NCBI RefSeq assembly: GCF_009914755.1
Contig: NC_060947.1
Strand: one strand, 5' to 3'
DNA from: the human T2T-CHM13v2.0 reference genome, Homo sapiens
DNA length: 64,000 nucleotides
This document shows, one piece after another, positions 1-13,909 of the stretch. Every line of letters starts with the position of its first letter. Positions within the stretch are counted from its first letter, which is position 1. The notes under the pieces are model-generated. The model saw only the letters and a list, made by a program, of their open reading frames with translations, had not been told where the DNA came from and ran no database searches. Made by a program: the position numbers and the translations under genes.

Positions 1-566
1 TAACAATTAAGCAAATGGATGCCAGGAACTAAGTTCCTTACTCTTTGACTGAGAGATTACAAATAATCAAAGAGGAGGCTAGAATGATCCATGTGGTAAT
101 GCAATAGAGTTGAAGCCATCCATAAGAATGTATGTTTAGCTTAAGATTGGTATATAAAAATATTTATAGATGATATGCATGCATATGCATGTATGCCTGG
201 TTTAGTATACACACATGTATTTGCTTTGTCAGCTCTGCACTTGTCTGTCAGCTGAGGGAGTCTGAAAGCAATGATACTTCAGTAGCAAAGAGCTTGGCTA
301 GTATCCAGGTCTTTATTTCTATCTCCAAAAAGTTTAGCAGGTCTCCTTGGAGAAATGGTTGATTTTAGGGATGGGGCAGGAAATATACAAGATTAGCCTA
401 GAGAACCTTGTAGTTCCAGAAAGTAAGAAAGTGTTCAAAACAAACAAACAAGTGAATGGACATACATCCAAGTAGCACAGGAGCCAACTGAAATAGCTCC
501 CAATAGCCAAAGCTAGAACCATTTAAGCAATAAAATAAGGTAATATTGGATTATAACCCAAAGTAG

Positions 567-960
567 TGTATATATATGTATACATATATGTATATATCAT
601 ATATACGTATATATGTATGTATCATATATACATATATATGTATATACATGTATGTATACATATATGTGTATATACATATATGTATACATATGTATACATA
701 TATATACATATATGTATATACATATATATACATATATGTATATACATATATATACATATATGTATATACATATATATACATATATGTATATACATATATA
801 TACATATATGTATATACATATATGTATATACATATATATGTATATACATATATGTATACATATGTATACATACATGTATACATATATATGTATACATATA
901 TGTATACATATATACATATATGTATACATATATGTATACATATATGTATACTGATATACA
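567..960. repeat. (TA/TACA/TATG)n microsatellite with a 24-bp higher-order unit
   Basis: catatatatacatatatgtatata repeats about 5 times; stop-free Y/I/M/T/C/H ORFs in all frames. Confidence 0.97.
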
Positions 961-1616
961 TGAATAATTGAATAGAACAATATTTGGAAGTAATAAGCAC
1001 ATTTTTTACAGCATTCCAAATAATTTTTGTAGATGCTTACTTTTCAAGGAGATAGAACACAACTTCTCATTCCATAAATATGGGATATGCACCTTGACTT
1101 CCTTCTAAAGAGTACCACATGGAAAGGACAGGAAAAAATAATAATTTTACAGTGGCGAAATTTAACAAACACTACTACATCAGCCAGGTGACTGAGTTTA
1201 ACATCCTTAGTGATAAGTAATGTTAATTACATGTACCCTTGATGTGATAAGAATGATGCTTTACCTCTGTGATCTTCCTTCCAAAAACAAATACCCCTTT
1301 TTATTAATGAGATAAACTTCAGACAAATCCAAATCAAAATATGTACTATGAAATATCTGACCAGTACATCTCAGAATTTTCAAATTCATCAAAAGCAAGG
1401 AAAGACTGGGAAACTGTCATAGCCTAGAGTGGTCTAAGGAGACATGATGACTAAATGTAATGTTCTGTCCTAGATGAGATCCTGGAAAAGAAAAAGAATA
1501 TCAGGTAAAAACTAAGGAAATCTGAATATAAACTTTACTAAATGATAAAGTATCAATATTGGATTATTAATTTCAAAAACTTTACCATACTAATGTTAGA
1601 TGTTAATAACAGGTAA

Positions 1617-1948
1617 AGCCAAGCAGGGTGACTCATGCCTGCAGTCCCAACACATTGGGAGGCTGAGGGGGTGGACTGCTTGAGCTCAGGAGTTTGAGAC
1701 CACCTTGGGCAACAGGGCAAAAGCTCATCTCTACAAAAACAAAAAAACAAACAAAACCCCAAAAAACCCCCAAATTAGCCAGGCATGGTGTGGCAAAACT
1801 GTAGTTCCAGTAACTCAGGAGGCTGATACAGGAGGACTATGTGAGCCTGTCAGGTCAAGGCTACAGTGAGCCATGATCGCACCACTGTACTCCAACCTGG
1901 ATGACAGAGTGAGGCCCTGTCTCAAAATAAATAAATAAAATAAATAAA
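1617..1948 (+). mobile_element. AluJ (Jo/Jr-like)
   Basis: Dimeric Alu with J features (gcttgagc.cagg, ggtcaaggctacagtgagccatgatc), an (AAAT) tail and diverged TSD aataacaggtaa/aattataggtaa. Confidence 0.92.
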
Positions 1949-2069
1949 TTATAGGTAAGGCTGAGTTTGGGTATAGAGTGTCTGTAGTAGAACTGCAACT
2001 TTTATGTAAACCTAAAAATATTCTAAAATAAAGCTTATTAAAGTTTATTAAATGTTCAAAAGGGTTTAA

Positions 2070-3289
2070 TGTCTTATCAGTCATATTCTATACAACATTG
2101 CTTCTGATCAAGGAATTTATTTCACAGTGAAATAAATGTACCAATGAGCTCATGACTATACAATTCACAAATCTTAAAATGTACGGTATCATTTATAAAT
2201 AGGTGCCTTGATAACATAGTGAATTATGCATCAGGGATTCATTTACAATATTATTTTAGATAATCCACCCTGAAAGGAAGAGACTTTATCTTACAAAATT
2301 CAGTAATACTTTTAATAGGCAACCAATATGTGGTACACTTTCCCTCATGGACATAACACGTGAATCCGGAAAGCAAGGGAAATAAATGAAAATGATTCTG
2401 CTTATTAATATACCTAAAACAGTCACAGAATTTTTCCTTCCTATTCCCATAACTTTGAATCTTGCTTATTTGGAGTTCTTAATTCCAAAGAAAAAACTAT
2501 TTTCATCATGAGATATAACAATGGATTAATTAAGTTGAAAATCTAGGCTGCCATTTAGCCATTGTATTTGACTCTTCATGCCACAAAAACAACAGGCAAA
2601 GAAAGAGGTTACTTCATTGGCTTGGGTAATTGATACTATCAGGAGGAAATTGAGTTGCCACTATCTAATAGGTGCAGGAGACTGTGTTTGGAATTCAGTG
2701 CCTGCTTCTTAAACTTCCATGTCTTATAGTATAATATAATGGTAAACAACTGTAATCAAAAAAGACAAGATTTAGTTGAGAGGTGGCTGAGGAAAAAGAA
2801 ACATGGTAAAAGTATCAGGAAAAGGTTCTAATATATATTAAGTATGGCCTTACAGCTTCAGAAAAGAGAACTGTGTCTGGTATGCACATTTTCCTCCTTG
2901 TTTTCTATTATGGGAATGTGTGCTCACACATTGATTTTGTTCTCATTCTTACTTTCCCTTTATGATTTTACATAAGGATTATTGTCTGTGTTTAAGTTTA
3001 TAATTTAGTGCTCAGGGTTTAGAATGTTCCGATAATACTGTAACAGAATTAGAGGAATAATTAACTTAACATCACCCAGAGATGTGTGAATGACTATTGC
3101 TCAAAGATATGTGCAATTACTGTCGGGAATTTGTGTCTTTCCTTTCAGAGAGAGCATGAAATAACTTTTATTTGTATGAGAATACATGCATATTTTGCAC
3201 AAAAGTATAACATTGTTCTTGTAGTTGAAAGAAAGTTCAAATATATATATAGAAGGATACATACAAATTCTGATTAGTGAAGAACCAGA
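2070..3289 (+). mobile_element. ERVL internal remnant (HERV16/ERV3-16A3-like; integrase-dUTPase region, degraded)
   Basis: cattgcttctgatcaaggaa and aacaggcaaagaaagaggttacttcattggcttgggtaattga resemble ERVL pol/dUTPase; an ERVL LTR follows. Confidence 0.7.
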
Positions 3290-4125
3290 CTACCATGGTT
3301 ATTAAACTATTTTTTCTCTGCTCTAAACCTACCCTTGCATGCTCTGCTTTGTGATGTTGGTGCCTGGACTCTGAAAACTACATGTCTCTTGTTAGATGAC
3401 TAACAAAATATTTGCTTATCTGCCTGTTTTCTACTGATACAGTGTGCTAGAAAAGAACTTGAAGACAAAAAGAAGGGTGAAAAAGAGAAGTGATTTGTTC
3501 CTTCCTGTTTGCTTGCTGTTTCTATCAGCATCATCCCAGCAATAATTTTTCACTCTGACTGCAGCAGGGATCTAGTCTTTAGATTCTTTTTAACTTCCGG
3601 AACCATCCTAATTCTAGAACCTCAGAGGTACCGGCCAAATCTTGGGAGCACCCTCTCCACAAATACCTCAATCACAGCTTTGTGGAACCTCTACTAAGAG
3701 CTGCTCATGCAGCAGCACTGGCTAGTCAGTGCCCCCTAATAAATGATCTTTGAGAGTCCTCTCCACTAAGCCATACAGAGCCTTATCCCAGAAGTCCGAA
3801 CACCAGCTCTTCCAATTAGGCTTTGTCCCTGAGCTCCTGACATAACAGCCTTGGCTAGGCAGTGCTCTCTCCCCAGAATTCTGTGTCCCAACTCTATGGA
3901 GACTCTTCTCTCAGCTAGTTGGCTCTGACATACCTAACTTCTTCCCTTTGTTTCATGAGCTCTAGGATTGACAGCTGCTTTCTACAGTTACTACCTATGC
4001 ATTACCTCAATGTTCTTGTTTTTTTCAAACCTCCAACACATGATTAACCAGATTCCTATATTAAATTTTGTCTGTTGAGATATCTAGTATCTTTTTTGTT
4101 TTCCTGAATGTACCTTGGCAGATCA
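3290..4125 (+). mobile_element. ERVL LTR (LTR52-like)
   Basis: Start ctctgctttgtgatgttggtgcctggactctg and end attaaattttgtctgttg...ttttcctga..g.acct resemble the LTR52/LTR41 family. Confidence 0.65.
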
Positions 4126-4134
4126 ACTACATAG

Positions 4135-4320
4135 AATGGTATTTGACTTATTTATCTTGTTTATTGTCTCTGTTCCCCTACTAAACTGTAAGCACCATGA
4201 GAGCAGGAACCTATCCTTTTTGTTCACTGTTCTGTCCCCAATGCCAAGAACAGTGACTGGCATATATTAGATTCTCAACTGATATTTGTTGAATAAACAG
4301 GTGAATGAATTAATGAATTC
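4135..4320 (+). mobile_element. L2 3' end
   Basis: ctgtaagcaccatgagagcagg...gaacagtgactggcata...tatttgttgaat...(gaat)n tail. Confidence 0.85.
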
Positions 4321-4469
4321 GTTTTGTGAGAGAAGGAATTATTTTTATCCAAAGGTAAGCCATTTGTTCCAAAACCATGGGTTTAATAATACACTCTTTT
4401 GTTGCTGCTTTCAAATCTCATCTTTATTAGGTAGTATATTCTTATTTATATTTATGTCGACTTATGAAT

Positions 4470-4866
4470 TTTCTTTTTTTCTTTTTTTAAATTTATTTAT
4501 TTATTTATTTTTTCTTTTATTATTATACTTTAAGTTTTAGGGTACATGTGCACATTGTGCAGGTTAGTTACATATGTATACATGTGCCACACTGGTGCAC
4601 TGCACCCACTAACTTGTCATCTAGCATTAGGTAAACCCCATCAAAAAGTGGGCAAAGGACATGAACAGACACTTCTCAAAAGAAGACATTTATGCAGCCA
4701 AAAAACACATGAAAAAATGCTCATCATCACTGGCCATTAGAGAAATGCAAATCAAAACCACAATGAGATACCATCTCACACCAGTTAGAATGGCAATCAT
4801 TAAAAAGTCAGGAAACAACAGGTGCTGGAGAGGATGTGGAGAAATAGGAACACTTTTACACTGTTG
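4470..4866 (-). mobile_element. Short L1PA2-like element with 5' inversion (twin priming)
   Basis: polyT plus antisense 3' UTR (4470-4632), then a sense ORF2 piece (4633-4866). TSD tgaattttcttt on both sides. Confidence 0.93.
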
Positions 4867-4879
4867 AATTTTCTTTATC

Positions 4880-5050
4880 ATTATGTATTTATCTATCTTT
4901 CTTCACTAAAACAGAAGAAACATGATAATAAAGATGTCAGCCTTTGTTTTGTTTTGTTTTGTTTTTTTACTGGTAGCATCAGCATCCAGAGAAAGGTCTG
5001 GCACATAATAGGTACTAAATAAATATTTAGTGAATGATCAATGAATGAAT
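4880..5050 (+). mobile_element. L2 3' end
   Basis: tctggcacataataggtactaaataaatattt...aatgaatgaat. Confidence 0.7.
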
Positions 5051-5123
5051 CTTGATCCCACAATAGAATTCCGACTAAGTACTTTGATAAACATTTGTTC
5101 TTTAACTATAGAAAGTTAAGTGA

Positions 5124-5648
5124 TGTAGTTACTCTTTATCTGTCAATGAAACATATCCCAAAAATATTAAACAAAAAATTCCAAAAATGAGCAAACCATT
5201 AGTTTTAAATTATGTGCCATTCTTGGTAGCATAAAAAAAATCTTGCACCATTCTCCTTTGTTCCACCAAGGAAATTAATCATCCCTTTGTCCATCATATC
5301 CATGCTCTATAAGCTACCTGGCCACTAGTCACTTACTAGCCATCTTGGTTAACAGATTGACTGTTGCAGTATCATAGTGTTTGTGTTGAAGTAACCCTTT
5401 TTTTACTTAGAAATGGCCCCAAAGAGCAAGTGTAGTGATACTGGCATATTGTTATAATTGTTTTATTTTATTATTGGTTATTGCTATTAATATCTTATTG
5501 TGCCTTATCTATAAATTCTACTTTATCATAGGTACATAGGTATAGAATAAGAGAAACAGTATATATAGGGTTTAATGCTATGTTCAGTTTCAGACATCCA
5601 CTGGAAGCCTTGGAGCGTATTCCTTATGAATAAGGAGGGACTACTCTA
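5124..5648 (+). mobile_element. MER44B-like (Tigger7-derived DNA transposon MITE)
   Basis: TIR-like ends gtagttactctttatc / aataaggagggactact; body aatcatccctttgtcca...aatggccccaaagagcaag. Confidence 0.88.
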
Positions 5649-7269
5649 CTAGTGAATACTGCTCTCTAGCAACTGCTTAATTAAGATTGGCATGGCCAAT
5701 TTACTTAAACATAATTATTGAGGGAAGAATAATTTTATCCAACTGATATTTATGGAACATCTATTATGTGCAATGAAACCCAATAAAAGGTTAAAACTTC
5801 AAAAAGTTGACGTAAAGTAGTTAACTATCGTGATTACTTTAGTGAAGACAGGTCAGCAAGAACTAATTTTATAAATTTAGAATGAGGTTATTGGAGTCGT
5901 GTAAGTTTTAAACATCAGAACTGTTAACACAGAGAAGTAGAAAGACAGTAGAGCATTTGCCAACTGGAAGGATAATCAGAATTCTTTAAAGATATCAGGT
6001 AGAGCCTTCATTTTATCCATTGAAAATAGAAGGAGATAATGGAAAAACAGAAAATTATTGCTGCAATAGGGCATTATTAACAAAAGTAGAACTTGGGTAC
6101 ACCTTTAATTAGAGCTTTTAAATAGTTGAGAGGAAGAAACCATCCTCTTTTATATATCTTCCTTTACCTAGCTTATATACCTTTTGATTTGTTATTTTTA
6201 TGTAGAACCACTGTTACCTAGGGCTAAAATGAGGCTCACTTTCTTTCCTGAGAGGCAATCGATATCACAGATCCTTCCTTCTCCACAACAAGTACCTTAT
6301 ATTTTACCTACTTTTCACAATTTTTGTGGATACTTGTTTGTGGTATGAGGTGATACATAGTATCTGGTCCTTGTCCTCCATACCTATATTAACCAAGGAC
6401 AAATTTCTGTTCAAAATTGTTACCTTTACTTCTGTGATAAAAACACAAATGTCTCAATAAAATATGTGGTGTTCTCAAAATCATCACTAATGAAGTTTAC
6501 AATTAATATAGTAATTATTTGGTGATAATTAGCTGCTCAAAGCTTTATACTATTTTAAAAGAAATATTTACACCATTATGTTTTGGTCAACCTAAACTTT
6601 ATTTTAGGCTTGTAGTAGTATAGCCAATAATTTTATGTTGAAACATATGCCAAATTACATGACAGAAGTAGAACACACAATAGAAGTGCAAGTTACAGAC
6701 TCTGACTTCAAAGAATATGTTGTCTAATTTGAAAGACAGCTTCTATATACGCCTCTGTTTACTTTAGATGAGGCTTGAAATCTGAGCTTGAGAAGTTTCA
6801 AATAATATGTCATTCATTTCTACTCTTCACAGACACAGAAATCCGCAGGCATTGTTAACATATGAAGAAGGAAGTTAGTGGAGGGCTTTATAGGAAAAAG
6901 ATAATTGAACAAAAAGAAAAGGAGAACTTACTGGTTTTCTGGACTTTAAGGGAAGCCAATGTAACTAGATAAAACAGAAAAGTTGATGCTTTCTGAAGGC
7001 TATCACAGCTAGTGGGAATAGGCATACACATTAGCTTGGAAAAGTAAGTAAAGGAGCCAAGGTTTCCCAAAATATAGCTTTAACAATAGGCTAATGAATA
7101 TGCTTCAGGGAATAGAGTAGAATTTCAAAGCCCACAAAAACCTTAAAGAGAAACAAAGCCAGCATCTACCAGATGTGTTAAGCATGGTCTGAAATCCATG
7201 AAAGGAATCCTTGGCACTAAGTTAGACATATGCCAGCTTTATTGTAGCAGTAGGGCATTGAAGTCTATA

Positions 7270-7580
7270 ACATTAAGGGGTGGAGCCTTTAGGAGTTGAT
7301 TAGACCATGAGGGCTCTGTCTTCATATATGGGATTAATACCCTTGTGAAAGGGCTTGAGAGAACTTGTTTGTCCCTTTTTTGCCCTTCTTTCTTTTTGCC
7401 ATGCGAGGACACAGCAATAGGCATCATTTTGTAAGCTGAGAGCAGCCATCACCAGACAATCTGTCTAAGCTGTCATCTGGGACTTCCCAGACTATGGAAC
7501 TGTGAGAAGTACATTTCTATGATTTATAAATTGTCCAGTTTATGGCATTTTGTTAAAGAAGCATGAATGGAGTAAGACAA
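7270..7580 (+). mobile_element. MaLR LTR (MSTD/MLT1A-like)
   Basis: ggtggagcctttagg...ccatgagggctctg...gaactgtgagaa...tttataaatt...taagaca. Confidence 0.8.
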
Positions 7581-8324
7581 GAAATAATAGGTAAATTCCA
7601 TTTTAATATTTCTTTCTGGAGAATCTTCTCTCTGATGCTGCTGCTACTAACCAGTGGTTTTTATAGCTAAATATAGTTGTGAAGGTATTGAGGTGGCAGT
7701 TCCTCAAGACCTATCTCCATTGTAACTACTCCTTCTCAAAGCATCTCTTTTATCACAATCTTTCCCAGACCAAAGACATACTGGGCTAGAATGGAGATGC
7801 AGGTAGTTAGAGTTTGGTGAATCTCAAATGAGTAATAAACGTTTGAAGAACATCAATTTGTAATTTTTGTGTCACAGGAGGCACAAGCCTTAACAATTTA
7901 GTTCTACAAAAGCAGTGTTTTCCTTGTGAATGCTTCCTTTCTTCTAGTTTATCTTCTCTCCCTCTGCACATAGACTTCTCCATCAAGTCCTTCCTTACCT
8001 CTATTGTGAAACCACAGCTTTTTCTGCAGGATTAGGATGATCTGTATTCCTGCCTTTTCTTTTAGTTTTCAACTCAAGTACCTTAGATTTCATTCAGATA
8101 CTGATTAAAGTTTTGCTTAGTCATTGCTGATCCTGAGGGGGAAAAAAGAATGAATGCTTTTTCAGTGAGCAAAAATAAAGATGAGCTTTTCAATTCTAAT
8201 TTATTTTCATCAATGACCAGAACTATTTTTAATTTCACATATCTTATAAAATTTCCTGGCATCAGCACAGTTTGGTATCTAGGGGACGTGGTACCAATTC
8301 AGGTTAGATTAATTTTTATTCCTG

Positions 8325-8465
8325 CATGGATTTGAATCCTACCTGTGTCACCTTGAGTAAATTGCTTAACCTTTCATTTCTCAATTTCCTCACATTGAAT
8401 TCTTGTAAGGTTTAAAACATACGATGTATACCAAACTCTTAGAACAGTACCTGACTCAATAAATT
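8325..8465 (+). mobile_element. MIR fragment
   Basis: tgtgtcaccttgagtaaattgcttaacct...ctcaatttcctca core. Confidence 0.7.
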
Positions 8466-10701
8466 TTATATATAATACTCATGCCTAATTTCTATATTTG
8501 ATATAAGGGGGTTAATAACAGTTCTGGTACATTTTTTAATAATAACTTTAATTTGTTCCATCTATTGATAAAGTCAAACTTATCTTTACCAAACCAAGTA
8601 GAAAAAAAAAAATCTTTACTTTGGTTAAGATAACTAGGGTAACAAATAGTTCCCAAGGTAAAAGTCAGCAACAGATGAAATAATCCTCATGAGTCTAGAA
8701 AAAATAATCTATACACATAATGGCACATATAAATAAGTAAAAATATAGAAAGGAATGTGTTAGAAACAGTTACAATTATTGATCTTTTCTCACTGGATGC
8801 TTCCCTGTACATTTCTCACATAAAATAGAGGTAAACCATATAGGATAGTATATGATTGAGTGTTAGACTGCATGTTTCAGAGTCTTAAATACTGTTGAAT
8901 TTCTAAGAATGGAGAGTAACAATAGTGCTGTTGGGGATATAGTTCACTGAATGTTGTTGAATAGAATTGCTCGTTAGAGCTGTAACAACATTATCATTTA
9001 TCACTCTATTAAAATACACATATAAATCATATATTGACTTTATCAGGGAAAGAGAGTCATGATGGCCTATTAGACACAGCCAGGAAGATCTTCTTCCACT
9101 GAGGCCAAACCAGCAAGAAGACCAGCACACTGAGCAGATCTTCAGAAGGAAGGCATTGAGAGTGAATAGAGGGAGGACACAGACCCTGGGCTGAAGCAGC
9201 CGGGGAAGCTGAGAACAATGCACGATGTTGCCAAGCACCAGGACTTGTTCCTGGCTCCAAGTGGCTCCTGGGGAAGGGGTGTGTCAAACAGGTATGGAGT
9301 GGCCCACTCTTTCCATGGACCTCTGGAATCCTAGCTTCAGGGGATCCCATGACCCCCATGGACATTTGAGCTGGCAGGGAGAGCTGCATGGATAATTGGC
9401 AGGCACAGGACTCCAGCTTTCATGGGGCCCAGAGGGTTTGGTGCTAGAAGGGCTGCAGTGGAGCAAGGCCAGGGACAACCATCTCCAAGCCTTGCCATGT
9501 TCCTCTGGGTGGCTTTGGCCTTTGTTGACTCTTTAATCTGGACAGAACAGAGCTATCCTGCTCATGGGACAAGACCATTCTGATCTAAGCACCCCTCCAT
9601 CTGCCAGCCTCTACCATGCCCCTGCCTGGCCACACCTGCTTTAAGTGTAGCCTCAGATGCCCAGTCAGGGTGCTTCCCAGTGGCCACCACAACAGTTCAT
9701 TCACTGGCTGTAAGACAACTTTTGCAGATGGGTTTCCACCAGCAAGCAGCCACCTGCAGCCTACCCCCACTACTTTGCCAATGTGCACTTGCCTGCAGCC
9801 TCCCCCCACTGCTTCGCTGGCACATGCATGTGGGGACACCACTGCTCCATCACAGCTGGCACAGGCACATGTATAGACTGTGCTGTCCCACTGCCACCTG
9901 CACATGTGAAACAGATGCCACTGTCCCATCATGCCACAAGTGTTGACGCTACAGCCACATCCTTGATGAAGCACTTTTGCAGGCATCCCCCATCAGAGTG
10001 TTGTTGGAACTCCTGGGCTCCTTCTAGCATAGCAGGTGCTTACCCTCTGGCGGACAGAAAACAAAACCCATGCACCTGGTACCAGCAACCCAGGGTTAGA
10101 ACATGCAGATCAGGTGTGCTGAGCTGAGGCTTGGCCCCTCGAAATTATACCAAAACAAAGCCAGTCAATGAAACCCACAAACTAAGTAACCTTATAACAA
10201 CTAAACTTAAACCCAATTAAACTTATACCACAGTCAAACTCTCAAGGGCATCAAAGAATATAAAAGCAAAAAGAAAAAAAAAAGCTCCATCTAAAGGACA
10301 GCAGTTTCAAAGATTAACAGAACATCATCCCATACAGATGAGAAAGAACAAATGCAAGAACTCTGACAATTCTAAAAGCTAGAGTGTCTTCATATCTCCA
10401 AATGACTGCACTAACTCTCCAGCAATGGTTCTTAACCAGATTGAAATGGCTAAAATGACAGATATAGAATTCAGAATCTGGATGGCAGTGGAGATCATTG
10501 AGGTTCAGAAGAAAGTCGAAATGCAACCCCAAAAATCTAAGGAATCAAGTAGAATGATTCAAGAGCCGAAAGACAAAATAGTCAATTTAAGAACCAGACT
10601 GATGTAATTGAGCTGAACAACTCACTACAAGAATTTCATAATACAATGGAAAGAGTTAACAGCAGATTTAGACCAAGCTGAGGAAAAAATCTCAGAGCTG
10701 A

Positions 10702-10934
<233 letters not shown>

Positions 10935-11411
10935 GAAAGACCAGTTTTTATTCAATCAGGCAATTTTTTAAAAAGAATAAAAAAGTGAACAGAACCTTCA
11001 AAAACTATGAGATTATGTAAAGAGACCAAACTTATGACTCATTGGCATCTCTAGAAGAAAATCTAGGAAATACCCTTCTGGACATAGGCCTTGACAAAGA
11101 TTTCATGTCAAAGCTCCAAAAGCAATTGCAACAAAACCAAAGATTGACAAGTGGGACCTAATTAAACTAAAGAGCTTCTGCACAGCAAAAGAAACTATCA
11201 ACTAAGTGAATAGACAACCCACAGAATGGAAGAAAATATTTGCAAAGCACGCATTCAACTAAGGACTGCCATGCAGAATCCACTAGAAACTTAAGCAAAT
11301 CATCAACAAAAAACAACCAACTTCATTAAAAATGGGTAAAGGATGTGAACAGATACTACTCAAAAGAAGACATGTATGTGGGCAACAAACATACTTTTTA
11401 AAGTTCAACAT

Positions 11412-11707
<296 letters not shown>

Positions 11708-11919
11708 GGTTCAACATCACTAATCATTAGATAAATGCAAGTCAAAACCACCATGAGATACCATCTCACACCAGTCACAATGGCTATTATTAAAAAGTCA
11801 AAAAATAACAGATGAGTGAGGTAGATGAGGTTGTAGAGGAAAGGGTATGGTTATACACTGCTGGTGGGAATGTAAATTAGTCCTGCCACTGTGAAAAGCA
11901 TGGAATCAACCTAGATGCC

Positions 11920-12382
11920 TGTATTGGTCAGGGCTCTCTAGAGGGACAGAATTAATAGGATAGATGTACATATAAAGAGGAGTTTAATAGGGAGTATTAA
12001 CTCACACGATCACAAGGTGAGGTTCCACAATAGGCCATCTGTAAGATGAGGAGCAAGAAAGCAGTTCGAGTTCCGAAGCTGAAGAACTTGTAGTCCAATG
12101 TTCGAGGGCAGTATACGTCCAGCACGGGAGAAAGATGTAGGCTCAGAGGCTAAGCCAGTCAAATCTCTCCACATTTTTCTGCTTGCTTTTATTCTGGCTG
12201 TGCTGGCAGCTGATTAGATGGTGCCCACCTAGATTGAGGGTGGGTCTGCCCCTCTCCCAGTCCCCTGACTCAAATGTTAATCTCCTCTGACAACACCCTC
12301 ACACACACAAACACAACCAGGAACAATAATTTGCATCCTTCAATCCTATCAAGTTGACCCTCAATATTAATTAACCATCACA
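11920..12382 (-). mobile_element. MLT2A1 solo LTR (ERVL)
   Basis: TG...CA ends; 5-bp TSD atgcc at 11915-11919 and 12383-12387; reverse complement starts tgtgatggttaa. Confidence 0.92.
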
Positions 12383-12833
12383 ATGCCCATCAACTGGATA
12401 AAGAAAATGTGGTACATATACAACATGAAATAATACACAGCCATAAAAAGGATGAAATCATGTCCTTTGCAGCAACATGGATGCAGCTGGACCATTATCT
12501 TCGGTGAATTAACACAGAAACAGAAAACCAAATACTGCACGTTTTCAACTATACATGGGAGGTAACATTGAGTACACATGGATACAATGAACGTCAGGGT
12601 CTATTTGAGGGTGGAGGGTGGGAGGAGAGTAAAGATTAAAAGAATGACCTATTGGGTACTATGCTCACTACCTAGGCGATGAAATAATTTGTAGACCAAA
12701 CTCCAGTGACATGTGATTTACCCATGTAACAAACCTGCACGTGTACCCCCTTGAACCTAAAATAAAAGTTTGAAGGGGAAAAAAAATTACTATTTGCATA
12801 TAATGCATTACACATTTTCCTTTAAAGGTCATC

Positions 12834-13307
12834 TGTATTAGTCTCCAGGGGCTACTATAACAAAGTTCCAAAAATTTGGTGGCTTTAAACCAAGAAATGT
12901 ATTGTCTGACACTTTTGGAGGCTAAATGTATGAAATCCAGGTGTTGGCAATACCATGCTCTCCCTGACAGCTCTAGGAGAAAATACTTTCTTGTATTTTC
13001 TTGCTTTTGGTGTTTCCCTACAATCCTTGATATTCTTTGGCTGGTAGATGCATCACTTCAGTCACATGGCAATTTTCTCCCTGTGTGTCTTCATATCATG
13101 TTCTCTCTGGGCATATTTGTCTCTGTGTCCAAATTTCTGCTTTTTATAAAGACAGGAGTCATATTGAATTAGTATCCAGCATAGTTACCTCATTCTAACC
13201 TGATTACTTCTGTAAATATCCTGTGTCTAAATAAGGTCATATTCTGAGGTACAGGTGGTTAGGACTTCACTATATCCTTTCTGAAGAATACAATTCAACC
13301 TATGACA
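12834..13307 (-). mobile_element. MLT1C-like MaLR LTR
   Basis: tgtattagtc...aataaggtcatattctgaggtac...caattcaacctatgaca. Confidence 0.85.
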
Positions 13308-13481
13308 TATACATTCTGTAATTCTAGAAAGTAGTGAAGTGTTATTGTTTGTTTGTTCTTTCCCAAAAGTACTATTAGATGTTAGTGATTTCTTCAAAGA
13401 GTAGGTATGGAGTTAGAATACACTAGCCAAGAAAATTTTTGTAATATGAATAATATGTGAGGAAACAAAAGGTCAGACATT

Positions 13482-13909
13482 TGTGTGCATTTTTTTGTTA
13501 GGGTGGACATATCAAAGTGCAACAAACTGGGTGACTTAAAGTTTTTTATTTCTCACAATTCTGTAGGTGAGAAGTATGCAACCACATTGTCAGTAATGTT
13601 GGCTCCTTCTGACAGCTATAAGAAAAGGATCTGTGCCAGGCTTCTCTCTTTGGTTTATAGATAGTTTTATTCCTGTGTTTTCACATCCTCTTATCTTTAT
13701 GTGTGTCTTACTCTGTGTTCATATTTTCTCTTTTTATAAGGGCAGCAGTCATATTGGATAAGCACCCAACCTAATGACCTAATGACCTCATTTTATCTTT
13801 CTTATCATTGTAGATACCTCATCTCAAAATAAGGTTACATTCTGAAGTAATGGGGTTTAGCATAACAAAGTATCTTTTGGGGGGCAGCACAATTCAGCAC
13901 CTTCTCACA
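13482..13909 (-). mobile_element. MLT1B-like MaLR LTR
   Basis: caaactgggtgacttaaa...cagtcatattggat...aataaggttacattctga. Confidence 0.8.

Larger units (their letters stand above)
1..2045 (+). mobile_element. Old L1 3' UTR (L1MC3-like), interrupted by a (TA)n array and an AluJ
   Basis: Resembles the L1MC3 3' end (gaggctagaatgatccatgtggtaatg; ccttggagaaatggttgattttaggg). Ends taaaataaagcttattaaa. Confidence 0.75.

Noticed and set aside
551-1019. Overlapping 113-149 aa ORFs on both strands
   Set aside because: Artefact of a stop-free TA/CA/TG microsatellite.
6830-7880. Possible very old LTR element around the MaLR LTR (aataaa...tgtcaca end)
   Set aside because: Too diverged to assign without an HMM search.
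9585-10127. Cys/Pro/Ala-rich ORFs of 86-133 aa
   Set aside because: They lie in the repetitive GC-rich L1PA16-like 5' UTR with no coding signature.
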